From positions 731,548 to 795,547 of the forward strand of contig OY969569.1 of NCBI GenBank assembly GCA_963701185.1: 64,000 nucleotides of DNA, read 5' to 3'. The stretch is from Candidatus Gottesmanbacteria bacterium. GTDB lineage: Bacteria; Patescibacteriota; Microgenomatia; UBA10105; UBA927. Positions 50,369 through 59,696 of this stretch are shown in pieces. A model generated the notes under the pieces. The model had not been told where the DNA came from and made no database searches. It saw only the letters and a list, made by a program, of their open reading frames with translations. The translations under genes and the position numbers were made by a program. The number at the start of each line of letters is the position of its first letter. Within the stretch, counting starts at the first letter, position 1.

Positions 50369-51415
50369 TCAAGCTAAAACGTGCGCGTTGACGAAGGATT
50401 TAAGCTCCTTTTTAAACCGTTCCTTGCTGAATTTTTTGGCCTGGGCAATACAATCTTCGGCACGAAATGTCATCGTTTCAAATTTCCGGATCGCAGATGC
50501 AAGATCACCGGTAAATAAGATTCCGGTTTTTCCGTCAATGACAGATTCTTTGTACCCGCCTCCCGCATACGCGATAACCGGTGTCCCTGCTGCCATCGCC
50601 TCAACTGGGGTCATGCCGAAATCCTCGTCGGTTGCTAAGGCCAAAAACGCCTTCGCGCCGGTGTAGAGCCTCGCAAGTTCGGTATCCGAAACATACCCAA
50701 GAAACTCGATGTTTTTATTGCTGCTTCCGTTTGCCCCTACGATTTTCAGATAAAATCCTAATTTTTTTGCCGCTGCGAGAGCAAGATCAAGACCTTTGCT
50801 TCCGACCGGGCGCGAAACAAAAAGATAATAATTTTCTTTTTTCACATTCAGCACTTTCGGAAGATCAATCGGTGGATAGATTACGGTCGAATCACGGCGG
50901 TAAAACTTTTGAATACGACGCTTTGTCTCTTCGGAATTAGCAATAAAATAATCGACCCGTTGGGCGGCGTTATAATCATACTGTCGCAGGAAAAATCCAA
51001 CGACCGTCGCATACGCGCGGACAATTGGATACTTTTGCCAATTTACGCTTGTCGGATAACCGTAGAGCCACCGTGGCGGCGTATGGCAGTAACAAATTTC
51101 GATCGCGTGTCCCTTCTTTTTAAATCCTTTCGTCACGTACCAACTGGAGGAACCAAGAACCACATCATACCCGGAAAGGTCAAAGGAATTCCAAATCGCC
51201 GGCGCCAGAAACCGTAAGGGGCTGGCCAATGGATACAGATACTGCATCCATGATGTCCGGATATCCTTATGTTTCAACCGCTCCCACGCGGGCGATCCCT
51301 TTTTGCAGTACGCCGTATAGATCGGCGCCCCCGGCCAAAGTTCGGACATGGCCACAAGTACCCGCTCCGCTCCCCCGAATTCATTGAGCTGATCATGCAC
51401 CAGTGCGATTTTCAT
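50369..51415 (-). CDS. GT4 glycosyltransferase
   Basis: GGAER, CHTPPR, EDFGMTPVEA. Confidence 0.9.
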   Translation of the reverse strand: MKIALVHDQLNEFGGAERVLVAMSELWPGAPIYTAYCKKGSPAWERLKHKDIRTSWMQYLYPLASPLRFLAPAIWNSFDLSGYDVVLGSSSWYVTKGFKKKGHAIEICYCHTPPRWLYGYPTSVNWQKYPIVRAYATVVGFFLRQYDYNAAQRVDYFIANSEETKRRIQKFYRRDSTVIYPPIDLPKVLNVKKENYYLFVSRPVGSKGLDLALAAAKKLGFYLKIVGANGSSNKNIEFLGYVSDTELARLYTGAKAFLALATDEDFGMTPVEAMAAGTPVIAYAGGGYKESVIDGKTGILFTGDLASAIRKFETMTFRAEDCIAQAKKFSKERFKKELKSFVNAHVLA

Positions 51416-51417
51416 AT

Positions 51418-51445
51418 TTGACAATTCATACTACCATGGTATACT
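51418..51445 (+). promoter_or_regulatory. Sigma70 promoter with no downstream plus-strand ORF
   Basis: TTGACA-16 nt-TATACT with extended TG. Confidence 0.65.
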
Positions 51446-51452
51446 ATTTACA

Positions 51453-51519
51453 TAGTCGGACTCGAAGCGACCCCTCGCCGTAAAATCGGAGAGTGATGTC
51501 GATAAGACCGACTTTTTTG
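51453..51519 (+). ncRNA. Candidate ~65-nt structured small RNA
   Basis: Begins just after the promoter; closing stem AGTCGG/CCGACT plus T run; inner stems CGAC/GTCG and CTC-CCG/CGG-GAG. Confidence 0.55.
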
Positions 51520-51523
51520 TCCA

Positions 51524-51970
51524 TTAAACATACTTTAAAATCTCTTTCTCTGAAATTTTCCTAACCTTACGGAGCCTCCCTTTCGATCTGTGTACTCCCC
51601 AAGCTAAAGAGTGGGCGGGCGATCGTTTTCCAATCCGTACAAAACGAATATCCGGAACTTTCTTTGTACCACTGCGGACAAACAATTTTGTAAGTGTTTC
51701 TTCAATAATTATATTCTTTCCCGTATATTCCTCATCAATTCTTAATACCGGAATATCATGTTCCCTCATGAGAATAAACACTAAAACACCAAATAATACT
51801 GCCGGTATATCTTTTGCAGGAATCAAACTATGTCTCCGAAGATAAATAATCACCTTTCTTTTTGCTCCGGCATTCACAAATACCGCTCCACTTTGACTAT
51901 TTGCGAAAGCCACCGCCGTTCCTGTACTCAAATCCTCTACTCTGCCACTTTGATCAACTTCTACCGCCAT
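51524..51970 (-). CDS. Hypothetical protein, possible RNase H-like fold (DQSG motif, DUF3800-reminiscent)
   Basis: EVDQSG, IDEEY, GKRSPAH; basic C-terminus. Confidence 0.5.
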   Translation of the reverse strand: MAVEVDQSGRVEDLSTGTAVAFANSQSGAVFVNAGAKRKVIIYLRRHSLIPAKDIPAVLFGVLVFILMREHDIPVLRIDEEYTGKNIIIEETLTKLFVRSGTKKVPDIRFVRIGKRSPAHSLAWGVHRSKGRLRKVRKISEKEILKYV

Positions 51971-51983
51971 ATTCGTGCAATTT

Positions 51984-52541
51984 TCATAAAAATCTAAAAA
52001 CTAACAATACTAGCCAAATGTACCATATTGTCATACACAAAATTTGAACGAAAACATTCGTTTTTTTCGCAAACATGTAGCCGAATGCCAAAATGATAGG
52101 GACAACGACTGCAACATTTGTAAACTGTATAAAAAATAAATTACGGGTTAATTGCGCAACGTATAATTGACCCAACGCCCACAAAACACCGCTGCTATAT
52201 ACAACAATTCTATGCATGACCGTGTGTCTTCCTTCAGTAAAATACGCGAGTGATCCGAAAAGAACTGCGGATACGATCAACGACCATGCTGCCGGTGAAC
52301 TGTACGACATTTTGAAAAACTGAATGAGAAACAAAACAAAACCGAGATCGAGAAGGCCTTTGATCAAAAAATTTAATCGAAACATCACCGCGTGAGTCGA
52401 GCGTTCGAGAAACAAAACTGATTTAGATACGGTATGTTTTGTGAAAGAAAAATTCGGCGCTCTTCGAATCAAGAATAATGCAATTAAACCAAACAATGGT
52501 ATTGATAGAACGCTATTATATTTAAAAAATTCCGGTACCAT
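51984..52541 (-). CDS. Membrane protein
   Basis: About 6 TM, 185 aa. Confidence 0.6.
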   Translation of the reverse strand: MVPEFFKYNSVLSIPLFGLIALFLIRRAPNFSFTKHTVSKSVLFLERSTHAVMFRLNFLIKGLLDLGFVLFLIQFFKMSYSSPAAWSLIVSAVLFGSLAYFTEGRHTVMHRIVVYSSGVLWALGQLYVAQLTRNLFFIQFTNVAVVVPIILAFGYMFAKKTNVFVQILCMTIWYIWLVLLVFRFL

Positions 52542-52543
52542 AT

Positions 52544-53428
52544 TTAAAATAATTCTTGTTGTTTTGATTGTTCACTTTGCACTTGTACCTTTTCACTTTT
52601 CACTTCTTCTCCGGTAATCCTCTTCAAAAGAGACCGGAAGCCGAACGTAGTAAGCTCTCTCACGGCTTCAGGCCGGTTCAGACTTCCCAGGGGCACGAGA
52701 GAGCCTTCCAGTGGCACGTTGGTGCGGATTGTCGACAAATCATGACACATGCGTGCACTCTTTTTCTCCTCTGCCGTCAATTCTTTTGTCTGTAAAATAG
52801 CCTCAAGGGTTTTATATTTTATCAGGAGGGCTACCGCGGTCTTTGGCCCTATGCCCGCGACCCCGGGATAATTATCCGACGGGTCGCCGGCAAGTGCTTT
52901 AAAATCCGGAATTTTATCAGGTGCTACCCCCATCCGTTCTAGAACCGCTTTTTCATCGTATAATTTCGCCTGCGATAACCCTTTGGTGGGCATATACACA
53001 AGAATGTGATCATCATCCACTAACTGAAGCAAGTCTCTATCTCCTGTGACAATAATCACCTGGTCTTTGGATTGTGTAGCTAAGGTACCAATGACATCGT
53101 CCGCCTCGAATCCGTCTTGTTCAAAAATCGGTATGCCGAAACCCGATACCAGCGCATGCACTTTGGGGATTTGATCTACTAACTCATCGTCCATCTTTGG
53201 ACGTTTGGCCTGATATCCCTCAAATAATTTTTTCCGGAATGTGGGCTTGGGCCGGTCAAAGGCAACGGCAACATGTGTGGGTTTCAGGTCCCCGATGAGG
53301 CGAAGAAGCATGGTCCCGAACCCGTAGACGGCATTCACGACCGATCCGTCGGGAGCCGTTAAGGGTGGAATCGCATGATACGCACGGTGAAGAATTGCGT
53401 TTCCATCAATTAAAACCAGTCGGTTCAT
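52544..53428 (-). CDS. Stand-alone 5'-3' exonuclease (Pol I N-terminal domain)
   Basis: IDGN, EADD, TGDRD, GDPSDN, GIGPKTA; no polymerase domain. Confidence 0.9.
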   Translation of the reverse strand: MNRLVLIDGNAILHRAYHAIPPLTAPDGSVVNAVYGFGTMLLRLIGDLKPTHVAVAFDRPKPTFRKKLFEGYQAKRPKMDDELVDQIPKVHALVSGFGIPIFEQDGFEADDVIGTLATQSKDQVIIVTGDRDLLQLVDDDHILVYMPTKGLSQAKLYDEKAVLERMGVAPDKIPDFKALAGDPSDNYPGVAGIGPKTAVALLIKYKTLEAILQTKELTAEEKKSARMCHDLSTIRTNVPLEGSLVPLGSLNRPEAVRELTTFGFRSLLKRITGEEVKSEKVQVQSEQSKQQELF

Positions 53429-55311
53429 TCTACCTTCTTCTTGGGGCCACCCATCATTGCTTCAAATTCTTCGCCTTCAACCGTTTCTTTTTTGATAAGT
53501 TCCGCGGCGATGAGGTCCAATTGTTTCTTGTGTTTCTTAAGTATGTCCACTGCTTCTTTATATCCTGTGTTGACAAATTTTTGGACTTCAACGTCTATTT
53601 TACCAAGCATATCCGGTGAAATTTGCTGGGCTTCGGTGAGGCTCTTCCCCCACTCCGTTACGTCCATCTGCGGGCCGAAGTTGATGGGACCGAGGTCCGA
53701 CATGCCGAATTCCATCACCATATAGCGGGCAATTCTCGTTGCCTGATCTATATCATTGGCGGCGCCGGACGTCATTTCGTTGAAAATCAACTGCTCTGCC
53801 GCACGGCCTCCCATGGTCATGGCAATTTCATCAATAAGACGGGACTTTGTTTCATGCAGGCGGTCTTTCTCCGGCGGAGACAATGTATACCCCAGCGCCA
53901 TACCGCGGGAAACAATACTGATCCTGTGTACCGCGTCCGTGAATTTGGAAAAATAGGAAACCACCGCATGCCCGCCTTCGTGATAGGCTGTCATTTTCCG
54001 GTCCAGTTCACTCTGCAGCCGTTTTTTCTCCGGCCCGAGCTTTACTTTCGTTGCCGCTTCTTCAAGGTCACTCATGTCGATTTCTTTTTTGTTCCCGCGG
54101 GCCGCCTGGATCGCAGATTCATTGAGCATGTTCTCCAAATCCGCCCCTGAAAAACCGACTGTCCGTTTGGCCACTTTATCCCAGTCCACAGCAACTGTAA
54201 ACGGTTTCCCGCGCGCATGAATTTTTAAAATGGCTTTCCGTCCTTCGATATCCGGCATATCCAACACCACCCTGCGGTCAAACCGTCCGGGCCGCAGGAG
54301 CGCCGGGTCCAGTAAATCCCCGCGGTTGGTCGCAGCCACAATAAGAACCGCGACATTGGGTTCAAATCCGTCCATTTCAACCAATATTTGGTTCAGAGTC
54401 TGTTCCCGTTCGTCATGCCCGCCCATGATGCCGACACTGCGCATGCGGCCGATGGCATCAATTTCATCGATAAAAATAATGGCCGGTGCGGTTTTCTTTG
54501 CCTGAGCAAATAAATCGCGGACGCGCGCCGCGCCCACGCCGACCAGCATCTCCATAAATTCCGATCCGGCAATGCTGTAAAACGATGTTTTCGCCTCTCC
54601 TGCCATAGCTTTGGCAAGAAGTGTTTTTCCTGTTCCGCTGGGGCCGACTAAGAGCACCCCTTTCGGAGTCCGGGCACCGAGTGCTTTATATTTTGTGGGA
54701 TTTTTCAAAAAATCGACAACTTCCTCGAGTTCCTTTTTCGCCTCATCCACGCCTGCCACATCCGCAAACGTCACTTTAGGCAAATCTTTATTCCAAATCC
54801 GGGCTTTGCTCTGGCCGAAGCTAAAAAGGTTATCCTGCGCCCCTCGGGCCTGGCGAAAGAGGAAAAGGAAAAACAATACGGTCAGAACAAGAGGTAAAAC
54901 ATTGGAAATAATATTGATCCACATCTGACTCGCGCTTTGATCGCGGACGGTAATAGCTACATTTTTAGGATCAACTCCTGCATCAAAGAGCAGTTTATAC
55001 AGGGAATCCTGCGTTTCCTTGCGCGATACGGCTTTCGTGCCGTTTTTATATGACACCGTCAACTTGGTCTCCTCTACGTCAATACTGTTCACGGTACCTG
55101 CTTTCACATCGCTAATCACGGAAGAAAGAGGGTTTTCCGGCAAATTGGGGTTTTGCCCACTCATACTGCCCAGGAAGGATAAAAGAATAAACACAACAAA
55201 CAACCCGATGAAGACATTTTTGAGGTTCAGATGAAACTGGAACATCCAGATTTTGGATTTCTTGCCGTTCCCGTTCTTTTTTATGGTTTTCGAAGGCGTT
55301 TTTTCAGGCAT
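53425..55311 (-). CDS. ftsH: ATP-dependent zinc metalloprotease FtsH
   Basis: [24 protein letters not shown]. Confidence 0.96.
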   Translation of the reverse strand: MPEKTPSKTIKKNGNGKKSKIWMFQFHLNLKNVFIGLFVVFILLSFLGSMSGQNPNLPENPLSSVISDVKAGTVNSIDVEETKLTVSYKNGTKAVSRKETQDSLYKLLFDAGVDPKNVAITVRDQSASQMWINIISNVLPLVLTVLFFLFLFRQARGAQDNLFSFGQSKARIWNKDLPKVTFADVAGVDEAKKELEEVVDFLKNPTKYKALGARTPKGVLLVGPSGTGKTLLAKAMAGEAKTSFYSIAGSEFMEMLVGVGAARVRDLFAQAKKTAPAIIFIDEIDAIGRMRSVGIMGGHDEREQTLNQILVEMDGFEPNVAVLIVAATNRGDLLDPALLRPGRFDRRVVLDMPDIEGRKAILKIHARGKPFTVAVDWDKVAKRTVGFSGADLENMLNESAIQAARGNKKEIDMSDLEEAATKVKLGPEKKRLQSELDRKMTAYHEGGHAVVSYFSKFTDAVHRISIVSRGMALGYTLSPPEKDRLHETKSRLIDEIAMTMGGRAAEQLIFNEMTSGAANDIDQATRIARYMVMEFGMSDLGPINFGPQMDVTEWGKSLTEAQQISPDMLGKIDVEVQKFVNTGYKEAVDILKKHKKQLDLIAAELIKKETVEGEEFEAMMGGPKKKVE

Positions 55312-55335
55312 AGGTACCCGGCAAGTATACCACGT

Positions 55336-56712
55336 TTATCGGATTTTCGCGCCTGGCGGCATGCCGTCGGCGGACAAAAAGAGAGGCTTTCCGTCAGGGC
55401 TGTCGACCGCCATAATCATCCCTTGTGATTCTTCATCCATCATCTTGCGCGGCGCGAGGTTGGTGATAAAGAAAAACTGTTTTCCGGCGAAATAGTCCGG
55501 CGTGTATCCGAACGCGCGCACACCGGTAAAGATAACGCGCGTCCCTTTCTCTCCGAAATCGACAACAAGCCGGATAAGCTTGTCGCTGCCTTCTTTATTT
55601 TCCGCTTCCACCACTTTACCAACGCGCATTTCAACGCGCGCAAACTCATCAATGGTTATCGAATTCAAAGCTGAGCTTTCAGATTTTTTAAAGCTCAGCT
55701 TTGTATTGAATGAATACTGATTTACCAGTCCGATTGCTTCTCGTACCTCGTCCATTGTTTTACCCGCAACCGCTTGTGCTTTTGCCGCCCCCTCCTCCAA
55801 AATCTTTTTGACTTTTTCCGGATGATTTTTCAAATCTTCGTATCGTGCGCGGGATTTTTTGAACGTTTTCATCAAAGATTCGAATAAATAATTTTTTACC
55901 TCAATATCAGATACCTGGCCTTTCGTATAGCTCTCTTTCAATTGGTTTGTTTTCTCTGATTCCCCAAAAAAATCGAGGTATGTGAAAACCATATTCCCTT
56001 CTATGTGTCCGGGGTCGGTCGCGTGTTTTCGGGTGGGATCGGTGTATGCACTGTTCACTTGTTTCTTAATAATTTCCTCTTGATCAAAAATACTGATGAT
56101 GTTTCCCAGAGATTTACTCATCTTCCGTTTCCCGTCGGTCCCCATAATTGTCGCCACTTCTTCGGGGATATATGGATCGGGAATTTTGAATACCTGTTTC
56201 TTATATATTTTGTTAAACCGCTCGGCGACGTCGCGGGCAATTTCAATATGCTGCTTCTGGTCCTTCCCTACCGGCACCAAATCAGGCTTATAGAGAAGTA
56301 TATCCGCCGCCATGAGCATAGGATAACTAAACAACCCGACGTTGATGTCATCTTCCATCACGTCTTTGGCGAGTTTATCCTTGTATGCATGCGCACGTTT
56401 CAGAAGCCCCAGTGGAGTTATGTTGTTAAGAATTGACTGCAGTTCGGTGTGCTCTGTCACATCCGACTGACGGAAAAACGTAATATTTTTTAAATCGCCA
56501 AGAAGAGCCAATTCATTCAGAATCAGCGTTTCAGTATTTTGCTGCAGCCGCGTTTTATCCTGAATAGTCGTTAACGCATGCAAATCAGCCACGAAAAGAA
56601 AGCAGTCATACTCTTCTGACAGCTTTTTGAATTGGCTCACTGCTCCCAAATAGTTCCCAATATGGAGACTTCCGTCCCCGCTCGGCGTAATCCCTGACAA
56701 TATGCGTTTCAT
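55336..56712 (-). CDS. trpS: Tryptophanyl-tRNA synthetase fused to a C-terminal tRNA-binding OB domain (Trbp111/CsaA-like)
   Basis: HIGN, KMSKS, ADLHA, GKDQKQH; C-terminal MRVGKV..DKL..NLAPRKM..SQGM. Confidence 0.92.
   Translation of the reverse strand: MKRILSGITPSGDGSLHIGNYLGAVSQFKKLSEEYDCFLFVADLHALTTIQDKTRLQQNTETLILNELALLGDLKNITFFRQSDVTEHTELQSILNNITPLGLLKRAHAYKDKLAKDVMEDDINVGLFSYPMLMAADILLYKPDLVPVGKDQKQHIEIARDVAERFNKIYKKQVFKIPDPYIPEEVATIMGTDGKRKMSKSLGNIISIFDQEEIIKKQVNSAYTDPTRKHATDPGHIEGNMVFTYLDFFGESEKTNQLKESYTKGQVSDIEVKNYLFESLMKTFKKSRARYEDLKNHPEKVKKILEEGAAKAQAVAGKTMDEVREAIGLVNQYSFNTKLSFKKSESSALNSITIDEFARVEMRVGKVVEAENKEGSDKLIRLVVDFGEKGTRVIFTGVRAFGYTPDYFAGKQFFFITNLAPRKMMDEESQGMIMAVDSPDGKPLFLSADGMPPGAKIR
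55666..55703. repeat. Perfect 14-bp inverted repeat encoding the TrpRS interdomain linker
   Basis: CAAAGCTGAGCTTT-10 nt-AAAGCTCAGCTTTG. Confidence 0.8.
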
Positions 56713-57413
56713 ATTCCCTCCTTTGTATAATACCGTTTTAATAAGCTTTCGGCGAGTATTGAAAGTGAACTATAGACGGGAATCGGATAATTGGCTGGAA
56801 AAACGAGCGGCAACTCCGTGCAACCGAGAACAATACCGTCGACGTATTCATTCGTTACTATATTTTCGGCCAGCCGAACTAATTTCTTCTGCAGAAATTT
56901 CCTGTCCCCTCCCTCAATGACCCCGCGGATAATATTTTCAATCTCCCCGTAATATTTTTCCGGCGGCACAACACACGAAACTCCATGTCGCGACAAGGCT
57001 TTTTGATATAACCCAAGCTTCAGAGACGTCGGAGATGCTAAAAGCAATACGCGTTTATGACGTACTGACGCTTTTGTTACAACTTCATCCACAACGGATA
57101 CAAACGATACCGATGTCTGTTTTTGCAGGCGGCCGCTAAGTAAACACGCGGTATTGCATGCAATCGAGATGACAGTCGCTCCATACCGAGCCAACCGCCT
57201 CGTCCGGTCCTCTAGCATAACAGCCGCCTTTTCCATCTCCCGTGTATCGGAGAGAAAATCCGGTACCGGCACAGAATCAATGAGAATCTCGGGGAAATCA
57301 TCGTTATTCCGGGCGCCATAGCGCTGCTTTGCCCCATCAATAAGCAAACGATAGAGCTCCGCGCTCGCTTGCGGCCCCATGCCACCGATAATCCCGATCA
57401 TTTTTTGTTTCAT
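56709..57413 (-). CDS. Asp/Glu racemase-family (RacX/YgeA-like) amino acid racemase
   Basis: IGGMGP, ACNT, GCTE (both catalytic Cys present). Confidence 0.88.
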   Translation of the reverse strand: MKQKMIGIIGGMGPQASAELYRLLIDGAKQRYGARNNDDFPEILIDSVPVPDFLSDTREMEKAAVMLEDRTRRLARYGATVISIACNTACLLSGRLQKQTSVSFVSVVDEVVTKASVRHKRVLLLASPTSLKLGLYQKALSRHGVSCVVPPEKYYGEIENIIRGVIEGGDRKFLQKKLVRLAENIVTNEYVDGIVLGCTELPLVFPANYPIPVYSSLSILAESLLKRYYTKEGI

Positions 57414-57424
57414 AATTGGCTTTC

Positions 57425-57454
57425 GTGGCGCCCCGTCAATTGACGGGGCGCCAC
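57425..57454. repeat. Perfect 30-bp palindrome between trpB2 and the racemase
   Basis: GTGGCGCCCCGTCAATTGACGGGGCGCCAC; no T tract on the sense strand, so possibly a stabilising or processing stem. Confidence 0.7.
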
Positions 57455-57464
57455 ATTGTTTTTT

Positions 57465-58775
57465 CTATTCCATTCTCCCCTCTAAAAACTCCTCATAGGC
57501 ACCCAGATCCAACAATCCGTGCCCGGAAAGGTTAAAAAGAATCGTTTTCTTTTTCCCTTCCTTTTTGGCACGAATGGCCTCAACAATCACATGCTTAATG
57601 GCATGTGCAGATTCAGGAGCCGGGATAATTCCCTCGGTTTGAGCAAAAAGCTTCGCCGCCTCAAACACTTCCGTTTGCCCGTACGCCACCGCTTCGATCA
57701 GCTTCTTGTAATACAAAAAGCACACAAGCGGCGCGTCCCCGTGATAGCGCAATCCTCCTGCGTGAATCGGTGACGGCACGTAGTCGCTCCCTACCGTATA
57801 CATTTTCATGAGCGGCGTGAGCCCGGCCGTATCGCCCGAGTCGTACCGATACTGCCCGCGGGTTAGCGACGGACATGCAGTCGGTTCGACGGCAACAATC
57901 CGCAGGTGTTTCTTCTTGCCGGAGAGTTTATCCGCAACAAACGGAAAACTAATCCCCGCGAGATTGCTCCCTCCCCCGCAACACCCGATGACGATATCAG
58001 GATACTCACCCTCTTTGGCAATCTGCCTCATCGCCTCCTGACCGATAATGGTCTGGTGCAGCATCACATGATTAAGGACGCTCCCAAGCGCATAATGCGT
58101 GTTTGGCGTCGTTGCGGCCACCTCAATTGCCTCGGAAATCGCCATCCCCAGGCTTCCGGTTGTATCTGGATCCTTTTTCAGGAACGCCCGGCCGGCCACC
58201 GTTTCGTTTGACGGGCTGGCAACAACCTTTGCCCCGTACAGATGCATAACCGTTTTCCTGTACGGCTTATGGTCATAGGACGTCCGCACCATAAACACCC
58301 GGCACTTCATGTCAAACAATTTGCATGCAAGTGCGAGTGCCGATCCCCACTGACCGGCTCCGGTTTCGGTCGTAAGACCCGTAATCCCCTCTTTTTTGTT
58401 GTAATACGCCTGCGCGATGGCGGTATTCAACTTGTGACTCCCGACCGCTGAAACGCCTTCATACTTAAAATAAATATGTGCCGGCGTCCCCAGCGCTTTT
58501 TCCAACCGCTTCGCCCGCAATAAGGGCGTCGGCCGGTACGTCGCGTACAACTCCCGCACCTCGTCCGGTATGGGAATTTCCTTTTCCAATGAAACCTCCT
58601 GCCTGATAAGCTCCATTGGAAACAGCCGTGCCAAAGCCTCCGGGCCGATCGGCTGTTTCGTCTTCGGGTCCAACGGCGGCGCTGGCAATTCTCCGAGATA
58701 TTTCTTCAAATAATACGGGAGATTGAGATATGTTTTGGGTAGCTCCCGACTATCCAATATATTCATTTTTTTCAT
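57465..58775 (-). CDS. trpB: Tryptophan synthase beta chain, TrpB2 type
   Basis: [47 protein letters not shown]. Confidence 0.92.
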   Translation of the reverse strand: MKKMNILDSRELPKTYLNLPYYLKKYLGELPAPPLDPKTKQPIGPEALARLFPMELIRQEVSLEKEIPIPDEVRELYATYRPTPLLRAKRLEKALGTPAHIYFKYEGVSAVGSHKLNTAIAQAYYNKKEGITGLTTETGAGQWGSALALACKLFDMKCRVFMVRTSYDHKPYRKTVMHLYGAKVVASPSNETVAGRAFLKKDPDTTGSLGMAISEAIEVAATTPNTHYALGSVLNHVMLHQTIIGQEAMRQIAKEGEYPDIVIGCCGGGSNLAGISFPFVADKLSGKKKHLRIVAVEPTACPSLTRGQYRYDSGDTAGLTPLMKMYTVGSDYVPSPIHAGGLRYHGDAPLVCFLYYKKLIEAVAYGQTEVFEAAKLFAQTEGIIPAPESAHAIKHVIVEAIRAKKEGKKKTILFNLSGHGLLDLGAYEEFLEGRME

Positions 58776-58870
58776 AGTTTCTCCTTAAATAACTTGTTTA
58801 TACGAAAGAGCAAGCGACTCGTTTCGCCAATACTCTCGTCCTTTTGTTTTACAAAATCGTAATTTCATAG

Positions 58871-59266
58871 TTATAATAATGTCTGAATTGTTATTGCTCT
58901 TGATTTCGGACGATCAACAATCAAATGTCGCGTGGTCCTCGATGGGAACACGTGTTTTACATTTGCCTTCGCTATCACAGCCTCTTTTAGTATCTGCATC
59001 TGCAAATCTTTCCGTCGTAAATACACTTTCACGTTTGGACTAAAATAGTCGACAAAATACACCGGCATCTTTTTCACGCCTATTTGTTTCAGGACGGTGT
59101 AACGATGGTGACCGTCCAAAATTACGTACGACCGCCGATCCACAACAATCGGTTTATTAATCGCCCCGTTCGCTTCAATTTTTTTTTGTAGCTTACAAAG
59201 CCGGTTCTTATCGATTTTCTCGTGACATTTAAGCTTGCGTATGTCTACCAGCATAATTTTTTTCAT
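58871..59266 (-). CDS. ParB/Srx-fold protein resembling the free serine kinases SbnI/SerK
   Basis: L.CHE...RL..L...I...G....PI.V....ILDGHHRY...G...P, C-terminal FPSRTTRH; no HTH. Confidence 0.7.
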   Translation of the reverse strand: MKKIMLVDIRKLKCHEKIDKNRLCKLQKKIEANGAINKPIVVDRRSYVILDGHHRYTVLKQIGVKKMPVYFVDYFSPNVKVYLRRKDLQMQILKEAVIAKANVKHVFPSRTTRHLIVDRPKSRAITIQTLL

Positions 59267-59269
59267 AGG

Positions 59270-59341
59270 CAGGCGGAGTAGGACTTGAACCTACAATCAC
59301 TTGTTTTGGAGACAAGTGCTCTACCATTGAGCTATCCGCCT
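59270..59341 (-). tRNA. tRNA-Trp(CCA), 3' CCA not fully encoded
   Basis: Cloverleaf AGGCGGA...CTCCAAA...GGTTCAAGT...TCCGCCTG; G73. Confidence 0.95.
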
Positions 59342-59344
59342 AAA

Positions 59345-59614
59345 CACACAAAAAGCCCGTACAAATACCCACTCGTTGGATACTTGTACGGGCCTTTGCG
59401 GCTGTGCCACCGTACGCTGTCCGCTTCACTAAAAAGCTCCCTTACGGGAGCGTCAGATGAGGCGGACCTTCTTCTTGACGCACTCCACTTTCGCGACATG
59501 CGTTCCTGTCTTTTTACGGTTTCGGCTCCGTACTTGATTTAAGAGTCAGCTTGCCCCGATTATATCGGGGCTGACCCGGTTCCAACCCTCCGGATCAACG
59601 CTTGTATTAACTTA
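59345..59614 (-). promoter_or_regulatory. T-box riboswitch (Trp)
   Basis: Antiterminator GTACGG-TGGCACA-GCC-gcaaa-GGC-CCGTAC overlapping a long terminator with T tract; TGATATACT promoter at 59621-59629. Confidence 0.78.
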
Positions 59615-59642
59615 GTGAGAAGTATATCACATCCATTCTTTC

Positions 59643-59683
59643 TTGACAAGTTCGCTTGTTTTCAGTTATAATGGCGTTATAAC
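59643..59683 (+). promoter_or_regulatory. Promoter/operator of the AbrB-Doc module
   Basis: TTGACA-18 nt-TATAAT; tandem palindromes GTTATAAT/GTTATAAC. Confidence 0.6.
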
Positions 59684-59696
59684 GGAGGTAACAATT

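Noticed and set aside
58784-58868. 27-codon ORF with one Trp between the kinase-like gene and trpB2 as an attenuator leader peptide
   Set aside because: Single Trp codon and no terminator downstream; the T-box already explains regulation.
58871-59266. Chromosome-partitioning ParB
   Set aside because: No HTH or dimerisation domain and no parA; the motifs and context fit SbnI/SerK better.
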